Virus record (IMG/VR): IMGVR_UViG_3300032244_000297
Span: 1-30,734 of that record
Origin: a virus
Lineage: Duplodnaviria; Caudoviricetes
Direction: 5' to 3' (one strand)
Length of the DNA: 30,734 bases
Made by a program: the position numbers and the translations under genes. Below, one piece after another: positions 24,459 to 30,734 of this stretch (position 1 is the first letter of the stretch; the number at the start of each line of letters is the position of its first letter). The notes beneath the pieces were generated by a model, which worked only from the letters and a program-made list of their open reading frames with translations, searched no databases and was not told the origin of the DNA.

Positions 24459-24997
24459 TGATACCAAAAGCAGTTAAAGCAGATCAGAAAGTAATGGACA
24501 TTGAGCAACAAAAGGGTGCTCTGGTTCTACCACGAAAATTCTATAATCTTCTTTTACTTGCAGGTGAGAATGCACAAAAAGCACAATATACAATGTTTAA
24601 TCTCAGATATCCATTCCTGAGAAGTGCAAATTCAAGAATTCGTAGAGAGTTGCTTACACTATTGACAAATTTAATTAATATTTGTACAACAGATTCAATT
24701 CTCTATCAAAGACTTCGTTCATTGGCTATGAGTCGTAATTTAAAGACAGTAAGTGAAAGTTATGAATCAGAGTTACAAAATAAAGCATTCGCAGTATTGT
24801 CTGCACTTCTTCAAAGGATTGAGGAAGAAGTACAAGGTGTAACTGGAACTCAATTGTCTTCTGCTTCGGCTGCAATGGGACCAGGAACTACAACAGGTAT
24901 TGATGCATATGTCCCTTTAATGACAAAGAATGTTATTAGAAGATTTCCAGTTTCTAAAGTAGTTAAACAATTAAGTAAGAGAAGAAAGAAAGGATAA
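24458..24997 (+). CDS. Hypothetical protein
   Basis: Likely start MIPKAV at 24458 (TGATG coupling). Confidence 0.7.
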   Translation: MIPKAVKADQKVMDIEQQKGALVLPRKFYNLLLLAGENAQKAQYTMFNLRYPFLRSANSRIRRELLTLLTNLINICTTDSILYQRLRSLAMSRNLKTVSESYESELQNKAFAVLSALLQRIEEEVQGVTGTQLSSASAAMGPGTTTGIDAYVPLMTKNVIRRFPVSKVVKQLSKRRKKG

Positions 24998-25000
24998 GTT

Positions 25001-25438
25001 ATGATACCTACAGAATTAATTTCGTTAGTGGGTGGTTCTGCAACGGGATTCCTATTCCGTTACATGGCACAAAAGTCGCAAGACCAAAAGGAAATGTTCC
25101 AACAGCTTATGCAAGCAAATAAGCAAACCACCGAAAATCAAAATCAAGCAGCACAAAGAGTTCCGCTAGATGTTGGTCGTGGTGTTCGTCAACTAATAGT
25201 CCTATCAGTCCTATTTGCGACATTCCTAGCACCATTCGTTTTACCATTCTTTGGTGTTCCAACATTCGTTGAAGTAGATGCAAAGACTCCTGAAGGACTC
25301 TTTGGTTTATTCCCCGAAACTACCAAGAAGTTCTTTGTTGAAGTAAACGGTTATTTGTTTACCAGCGAGAATCGTCAAATCCTATTAAGCATCATTGGAT
25401 TCTACTTCGGATCTGCTGCTGCTTCTAACAAGTCATAA
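25001..25438 (+). CDS. Multi-TM membrane protein (possible holin)
   Basis: Hydrophobic segments; C-terminal IIGFYFGS motif typical of 3TM holin-like proteins. Confidence 0.65.
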   Translation: MIPTELISLVGGSATGFLFRYMAQKSQDQKEMFQQLMQANKQTTENQNQAAQRVPLDVGRGVRQLIVLSVLFATFLAPFVLPFFGVPTFVEVDAKTPEGLFGLFPETTKKFFVEVNGYLFTSENRQILLSIIGFYFGSAAASNKS

Positions 25439-25448
25439 GGAGTAACCA

Positions 25449-25766
25449 ATGAAATACTTAACAGCATTATCATTAGCACTACTAACAGGATGCAGCACTG
25501 CTCCAAGTATTGTTCCAGATAGTACTTCAGAAAGCGTAATCCTTAAAAAGATTAATCACGAAATTGCAAACGGATCCTCATTCCAAACAGGTTGGCAATG
25601 GATACTGTGGTATCTCCCAATAGTATTCTTAGTTGGTACTTGGGGCTGGAAGCAATGGATCAGAAATTGCACAGAATCAGAAGAAGAACTTGCTGAATTG
25701 AAGGCAAAAGTAGAGGAGATGGAAAAGGCTAATAAGCCTCAAGATCCTCAGTTACCTAACGGATAA
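25449..25766 (+). CDS. Lipoprotein with a second TM helix (possible unimolecular spanin)
   Basis: Lipobox LLTG|C15; TM WQWILWYLPIVFLVGTWGW. Confidence 0.6.
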   Translation: MKYLTALSLALLTGCSTAPSIVPDSTSESVILKKINHEIANGSSFQTGWQWILWYLPIVFLVGTWGWKQWIRNCTESEEELAELKAKVEEMEKANKPQDPQLPNG

Positions 25767-26308
25767 GTTAGAGTATCAAACAACTTCTTACAAATGAAAT
25801 ACGAGTCCACGATGTCTGACACTGGACTCGTAATTTCTTTTTTATCGGGTGTAATTGTTAATCTTAATGCAGCACCAGTGTCTTGAACAAATGAATCATA
25901 CATCATTTGCTTGTCTGCATTTCCTTTACCCGTAGCATATTTCTTGACTTCTGTTGGTGGAAGTATTGTAGTTGGTAATCCCATTTCATATAGTTTATAC
26001 TTTAACAATCCTGTATTTTCTGCTATATGGAAGATTCTACCAGTAGCGGAATAAGCATATCCTTCAACTGCTACATGTGAGCAACCCATAACGATTTCGA
26101 TTGCCCAATCTGCAATTGTCTTATAGCGTTCTTGTTCTGTATTCCAATCTAGGAATCTCTCACCGAATACATTACCACCAAAGGCATCTGCATATTTCTT
26201 TATGTCGGTGAGATAGTAGAATGAACAATTTTTATATGAAAAAGTATCGCCATCGAAAACACAGATGGCGGGTCCACAAAGGGAGTAATCTATTCCTGCT
26301 ATTACCAT
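25748..26308 (-). CDS. RuvC-like Holliday junction resolvase
   Basis: IAGIDYS, AVEGY, PTEVKKYATGKGNADK, DIVDS. Confidence 0.85.
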   Translation of the reverse strand: MVIAGIDYSLCGPAICVFDGDTFSYKNCSFYYLTDIKKYADAFGGNVFGERFLDWNTEQERYKTIADWAIEIVMGCSHVAVEGYAYSATGRIFHIAENTGLLKYKLYEMGLPTTILPPTEVKKYATGKGNADKQMMYDSFVQDTGAALRLTITPDKKEITSPVSDIVDSYFICKKLFDTLTYPLGN

Positions 26309-26404
26309 ACATGTATTTATGTAATAATTAGAATCCCATAAATCTTGCTACAACGATTCCAAACAGAAACGAGCAAGCACAGATTAAAGTTTTTTGAAAC
26401 TTAT

Positions 26405-27184
26405 TCATTTTAGGATGTCCTGATTCTGTTTTATTGTATCGCTTATCCATTCTTTATAGAAGAATAGACTTGTTGCAGACATTTCTACTATTGTTAGATC
26501 GTGCATTCTAAATGCTGAGATTAACCCTGCAAGTTTTCCACTATCTTCAAAAACTGCACCACCAGAATCACCAAACCAAACATGTGTGCCTTTTGTAGAA
26601 TTAAACTTAAAATCAAATGGATCTTCTAATACCAATCCGTAATAATAAAAAGAACCATGCTCACTTGATTTTTTTACTCCATGTGAAAAGCCAACAGTTG
26701 TAAGTTCTTCAAATCTTGTTAGATCTTTTCTTTCATATGAAATTACTGGGAATTCTGTAATGCATGTTGGTCTATCTAAAATTAAAATACCAATATCATG
26801 CATTATAATTTCTCCAATTTTAAATTTTGGATGTAGAATTTGTTTTACTATTGTATAGTCTTCTCCACCAACTCTGAAGAATTTTAAATTTGTTCCATCT
26901 ATACAATGTCCCGCAGTGAGTACTAGATTTTTGTCTATTTGAACTGCACTGCCCACAAATGCATCATTATTATCAAATACTTGCCCCACGCAACGATAGG
27001 GATCTTGACCCTCTTCTATAACATGGAACCCTCTAAACTCCTTCGGTTCGCTAATGGGTGTCAATATGTCTGCTATTGAGGGTGGGGGGGTTTCCTGTGC
27101 TTGCTTCGTATCGGCACTGATATTGTTGCAAGATGTACTTGTCGCAAGGATCAGACTGAGTAATTTCAGTAGTCTGCCTTTCAT
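26405..27184 (-). CDS. Trypsin-like (S1) serine protease with a signal/lipoprotein peptide
   Basis: Catalytic triad motifs LTAGHC, HDIGIL, GDSGG; hydrophobic N-terminus ending TSC. Confidence 0.9.
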   Translation of the reverse strand: MKGRLLKLLSLILATSTSCNNISADTKQAQETPPPSIADILTPISEPKEFRGFHVIEEGQDPYRCVGQVFDNNDAFVGSAVQIDKNLVLTAGHCIDGTNLKFFRVGGEDYTIVKQILHPKFKIGEIIMHDIGILILDRPTCITEFPVISYERKDLTRFEELTTVGFSHGVKKSSEHGSFYYYGLVLEDPFDFKFNSTKGTHVWFGDSGGAVFEDSGKLAGLISAFRMHDLTIVEMSATSLFFYKEWISDTIKQNQDILK

Positions 27185-27192
27185 GACATAAT

Positions 27193-27200
27193 TATTTATA
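27193..27200 (-). promoter_or_regulatory. T4-type late promoter
   Basis: TATAAATA on the minus strand, 8 nt upstream of the protease ATG. Confidence 0.65.
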
Positions 27201-27219
27201 TAACTTTTAAAATAAAAAT

Positions 27220-27248
27220 AAAAAAAATCCAGTCCCGAAGGACTGGAT
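27220..27248 (-). terminator. Rho-independent terminator with a cUUCGg tetraloop
   Basis: ATCCAGTCC-TTCG-GGACTGGAT followed by a T-run. Confidence 0.9.
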
Positions 27249-27276
27249 CTTTAAATGCCCCGCCAACACGGGTGTA

Positions 27277-27648
27277 TTAGTTCTGGCAAGGTCGCTTAGG
27301 ACATGGTGGGCACTGCGGAACAGGAACAGCCGCCGGAACATAGCAAGGTGCATATGTGTATGGAGACTGTACCACCTGAGGCATTGGGTAAACCGCAGGA
27401 ACAGGTGATGCGTAAAGAGGACTTGAATAATAATAAGGGTACCATCCTCCAACTGGAGCAACTACTCCACCGCCGTAATAACCACCATAATAACCGCCAG
27501 AGTATGCATAAGCACCACCATAACCACCGTAGCCACCAACACCGACAGCGACTCCACCCCATCCACCACCAACTGCTACTGCTACTTGTGAGCGAGCAGG
27601 TGCGGTCAGACAAAGTGTTACGATTAGTGCAATAATGTACTTAAGCAT
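27277..27648 (-). CDS. Secreted Gly/Tyr/Pro-rich low-complexity protein
   Basis: Signal peptide, GGYGG repeats, Pro/Tyr-rich tail; AAGGAG SD; own promoter and terminator. Confidence 0.75.
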   Translation of the reverse strand: MLKYIIALIVTLCLTAPARSQVAVAVGGGWGGVAVGVGGYGGYGGAYAYSGGYYGGYYGGGVVAPVGGWYPYYYSSPLYASPVPAVYPMPQVVQSPYTYAPCYVPAAVPVPQCPPCPKRPCQN

Positions 27649-27667
27649 GTGTGTCTCCTTTGGTTAT

Positions 27668-27695
27668 ACTATACCATAAGTATCTAGTAAGTCAA
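27668..27695 (-). promoter_or_regulatory. Sigma70-type promoter
   Basis: TTGACT-16 bp-TATAGT with TG extension. Confidence 0.65.
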
Positions 27696-28027
27696 GAAAC
27701 ATTGTCAAATAAAGTTGGTTCTTTATCTGAATTATTATATACAATTTCATCAATTCTTCTATCAGCATCATTAATTGCATTTGAGAATACACGATAACGA
27801 TTATCTAATTCAGAATAAATGTTATTTTCTGTATTTTTAATTTTTGTAGTAAGTCTTTCTACATCTTTTTCTAAATTAGTGCGAACATCATCTATTGATC
27901 TATAGATCATATCCATCTCTCTATCTAAATCATTTCTTGCAATTTCCTTCTTCATTTGAAAATACTTAACCATGAAGAAACCAAGTAAACCAGATACTAC
28001 CATTATTATTAAATTATTGCTGTCCAT
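27692..28027 (-). CDS. N-terminal TM + coiled-coil protein
   Basis: Hydrophobic N-terminus; AAGGAG SD. Confidence 0.75.
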   Translation of the reverse strand: MDSNNLIIMVVSGLLGFFMVKYFQMKKEIARNDLDREMDMIYRSIDDVRTNLEKDVERLTTKIKNTENNIYSELDNRYRVFSNAINDADRRIDEIVYNNSDKEPTLFDNVS

Positions 28028-28041
28028 TTTATATCTCCTTA

Positions 28042-29961
28042 TTAACTAGTTGTTAAATCTACCAATTCACACTTATCACCACTACATGCAAAAGTTTGAG
28101 TTCCTACTGTCTGATCAACCTTTTCATATTTTGTGAGTTCACTCCAGTCCACATCCTTTGGCATCTTCTCAAGGAATGCTTCGTAGTATTCTTTTGTACA
28201 ATCCTGATATGGTGCTTGACGATATGAGTGATCTGAATGTGGTAAGAATGAAATACCACTGATCTCGTCAAAGTGCTTGTACACCCAAGCACCAACTTCC
28301 ATCCACTCATGTTCCTTTACAGTCACGGTGATTGACGGCTTGTGTTCACACCAATTACGCTGATATGCTAACCAAAGTTCTAGATGCTCAATAGCAGTCA
28401 TATCGTTACGAGTAACTGATCCCTCTGCCTTCATTGGGAATGAGAAAACCATAACTGAGTCTGGCTTCATGACACAAGGTTCGTGGGGAAACCCCTTGTC
28501 GATCATGAGTTGACACAGTGGATCTTTACGATCTGCACGAACAGTACGGATGTAATACTGGTTGTGTCGAGCATGGATACCCGATGCTGCATCCGTAAGT
28601 TGAGAAACAGTACCGCTTGGCTTGATGCAAGTAATAGCAGCAGCCTGATTGATACCTAACTTCTTTGCCCATTCCTTATTGGTATCAACTGCATGTTGCT
28701 TTAGACTCTCAAGATTTGCCTTAAGACCGTGTTGATCGCGCATCATTGCATTATCAAGAATACCTGTGAGAGATACACCTAGTAGTGCTTCTTCTTCACA
28801 ATTCTTTCTCCACTCTGATGAAAGATATGGGAAATGCAACATTGATGCTTGCCATGTTCCAAGAATTGCAGCAAGTTTAACCTTACGAGCAAGACTCTCC
28901 ATAGTATCGTTTGTTCTTACAATTACTTCTGTTAGATTGCAGAACTGACGATCACGAAGAATAATTTCTGAGCAAGGATTTGTACCGAATTCATAACTTG
29001 GATCACGACGGTCACCAAGTTTGGCTACCGTCTTTTGGCAAGCGTCACGATTGAAGATACCACGCTCACCACTCTTGCTCTTGTAGAGAGATACCCACTC
29101 TTCCATAAATGTACCAATTTCTGGCTTCTCTTTGTAGACGACGCTATTGTTCGCAAGTGCTCTTTGAGAATTAGCCTCCCACCATGCGCCAGTCTTAGCA
29201 TCACGCATTCTTTCGTCCGTGAGATTCGATAGGCTAATAAGAGCGGATCTACGCACGCCTCCGACCACAACAACTTCCGCAATCTTACAGACGAGATCGT
29301 GGCATTCGATGGAGGTGAGTTTGCGTCCAGCACTTCTTCTAAATGTATCCACTGTGAACCTAAACAGATCATCCAGTGGCTTTGGACCAGATGCACGACC
29401 TCCAAAAGTTTTGAGTCTGGCACCAGCAGGGCGTATCTTAGATAAGTCCCATCTTGGAATTTGACCACCAATGAGTAAGGAGACAAGTTCCTTGTAAGCT
29501 TTAGCCCAACCAGCCTTGCTGTCTTGTACAATGATCGTCGTATCTGAGTCAGTAAACTCTTCAGCGACTGTAGGTAGTTTATCCACATAATGGCGCTCCA
29601 CTGAGAAACCGACTCCGGTTCCACACATAAGAATATATAGAATTTCATCAAAAGCACGAACACGATTTATTGCAACATATGAGCAGTTATAACCAGCAGT
29701 GTTATCACGATCAAGTGCTTCTCCTGCTGTCATAAGCGCACGCATAGAAGGCATAATCTCTTGTTGAAGAACTGCTTGACGGAGTTCTTCACGAGTTGCT
29801 TTATCCAACTTGCACATGGTATTTTCCTTGAGGTGCTTATCGAAATGTTGAAAATACCTATCAACAGTTTCTTCCCATGTTTCTCTACGACCTTCGGCTT
29901 CTAGCCAACGGCTGTAGCGTGAAAGATGAATAAATTGTTGATATGAAGTTGGTAATTGCAT
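28042..29961 (-). CDS. nrdJ: Class II adenosylcobalamin-dependent ribonucleotide reductase
   Basis: NPCSEI finger loop, GGVRRSA, KPSGTVSQL, C-terminal CSGDKC pair; no tandem YY radical-transfer tyrosines recognised and no small subunit adjacent. Confidence 0.9.
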   Translation of the reverse strand: MQLPTSYQQFIHLSRYSRWLEAEGRRETWEETVDRYFQHFDKHLKENTMCKLDKATREELRQAVLQQEIMPSMRALMTAGEALDRDNTAGYNCSYVAINRVRAFDEILYILMCGTGVGFSVERHYVDKLPTVAEEFTDSDTTIIVQDSKAGWAKAYKELVSLLIGGQIPRWDLSKIRPAGARLKTFGGRASGPKPLDDLFRFTVDTFRRSAGRKLTSIECHDLVCKIAEVVVVGGVRRSALISLSNLTDERMRDAKTGAWWEANSQRALANNSVVYKEKPEIGTFMEEWVSLYKSKSGERGIFNRDACQKTVAKLGDRRDPSYEFGTNPCSEIILRDRQFCNLTEVIVRTNDTMESLARKVKLAAILGTWQASMLHFPYLSSEWRKNCEEEALLGVSLTGILDNAMMRDQHGLKANLESLKQHAVDTNKEWAKKLGINQAAAITCIKPSGTVSQLTDAASGIHARHNQYYIRTVRADRKDPLCQLMIDKGFPHEPCVMKPDSVMVFSFPMKAEGSVTRNDMTAIEHLELWLAYQRNWCEHKPSITVTVKEHEWMEVGAWVYKHFDEISGISFLPHSDHSYRQAPYQDCTKEYYEAFLEKMPKDVDWSELTKYEKVDQTVGTQTFACSGDKCELVDLTTS

Positions 29962-29983
29962 ATATTTCTCCTTTGTGTGCTAA

Positions 29984-30011
29984 AGTATACCTTCGCTTTT
30001 AAGTTTGTCAA
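29984..30011 (-). promoter_or_regulatory. Sigma70-type promoter for nrdJ
   Basis: TTGACA-16 bp-TATACT; AAGGAG SD downstream. Confidence 0.75.
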
Positions 30012-30020
30012 CTATTTAGA

Positions 30021-30263
30021 TCAGAAAGTTCCACCATCTACAGAACCAACCACACTTGTTGTAAAATTACCAACAAGATCAGTTATTCCATTAGAATAGG
30101 TCGCATTCAAATCATTATTTGTATTTAAGTCTAGATTGATAATGTATGGTGTTGAAGAAACCATTTGAAGTTTCTTGTACCAAGCAGAACCATTCCATAC
30201 CCATGTAATTTCATTAAAGATGTATTCTTGATTTAATATTGGATTTGCTGGAAAGTCTAGCAT
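30021..30263 (-). CDS. Small putative virion/tail-fibre-associated protein
   Basis: FP.NP..NQ.Y.....W.WNG.AW module and C-terminal VDGGTF. Confidence 0.65.
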   Translation of the reverse strand: MLDFPANPILNQEYIFNEITWVWNGSAWYKKLQMVSSTPYIINLDLNTNNDLNATYSNGITDLVGNFTTSVVGSVDGGTF

Positions 30264-30271
30264 GTTTTACC

Positions 30272-30734
30272 TCAGATAAGTTCGAACCAAGACAGATCAA
30301 TAAAACAAACAGCATTGGAGTTTATTGGTGTAAAGGTCAAAACAAATATGTCAGACACACCTGCTTGTGTTCTACCTAATTGAAAATTGAAATCATTAAC
30401 ATCGGACAGAGAGAAAGCACCACTGCTACTAATATAACCACCAATGATATCATTACCACCAGATACTCCTGTTGCAGTGATATTGTAATCAACATTTCCA
30501 TTATAGTGAGTTGACCAAGAACCACCAGTTAATGTTGGATTTAATAAAATTCTATATTGAACTGTATCTGGTTTATTTGAGGCGGTTTCGTTTAATACTG
30601 CACTAATATTTGATGGAATGATTACACTATCCAATCTATTTGAATTCAAACGCAAAGCAATCATTGGATATTGAGTGCCAGCAGTAGTAAGCGTAGTTCC
30701 AGTAGAACCATTTCTAGTGACATTATATCTTCTA
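30272..30734 (-). CDS. Partial (5'-truncated) beta-rich putative structural protein
   Basis: Frame stays open to the window edge (RRYNVTRNGSTG...QYPMIALRL); Gly/Ser/Thr-rich. Confidence 0.7.
   Translation of the reverse strand, partial: RRYNVTRNGSTGTTLTTAGTQYPMIALRLNSNRLDSVIIPSNISAVLNETASNKPDTVQYRILLNPTLTGGSWSTHYNGNVDYNITATGVSGGNDIIGGYISSSGAFSLSDVNDFNFQLGRTQAGVSDIFVLTFTPINSNAVCFIDLSWFELI

Noticed and set aside
27296-27635. Trp-rich and His-rich alternative-frame ORFs
   Set aside because: By-products of the GGT/TAC repeats of the Gly/Tyr-rich gene 27277..27648.
28042-29961. Intron or intein in the ribonucleotide reductase
   Set aside because: The ORF is continuous at 639 aa with no insertion or splicing motifs.

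Overview
This window looks like part of a large T4-like (myovirus-type) phage genome, based on TATAAATA late promoters, a cUUCGg terminator and T4-like conserved genes. It has two compositionally distinct halves; GC content was judged by eye, not computed. The GC-richer left half (~0.5-12.8 kb) holds a long minus-strand run of translationally coupled small ORFs, many of them diverged paralogs of one ~55-aa domain. It also has a DksA/TraR-type zinc finger, several unannotated micro-ORFs, and a divergent MoxR/'CobS'-like AAA+ ATPase and HExxH-peptidase-vWA ('CobT'-like) gene pair. That pair is embedded in clusters of a repeated TTATCGGAC box. The 12.8-14.0 kb junction carries an ORF-less consensus promoter between 21-bp inverted repeats and an iteron-like repeat array, a candidate origin. 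The AT-rich right half encodes late genes, several with T4 internal-protein-like N-terminal targeting/cleavage motifs: a ligase-fold nucleotidyltransferase, an HxGH nucleotidyltransferase-HNH fusion and a His-rich PD-(D/E)xK-like protein. It also encodes an HNH nuclease, possible lysis proteins, a RuvC-like resolvase, a trypsin-like protease, a class II ribonucleotide reductase and partial structural genes. I recognised no tRNA, rRNA, CRISPR array or integrase. Family and DUF assignments are from motif recognition and memory, not database searches.
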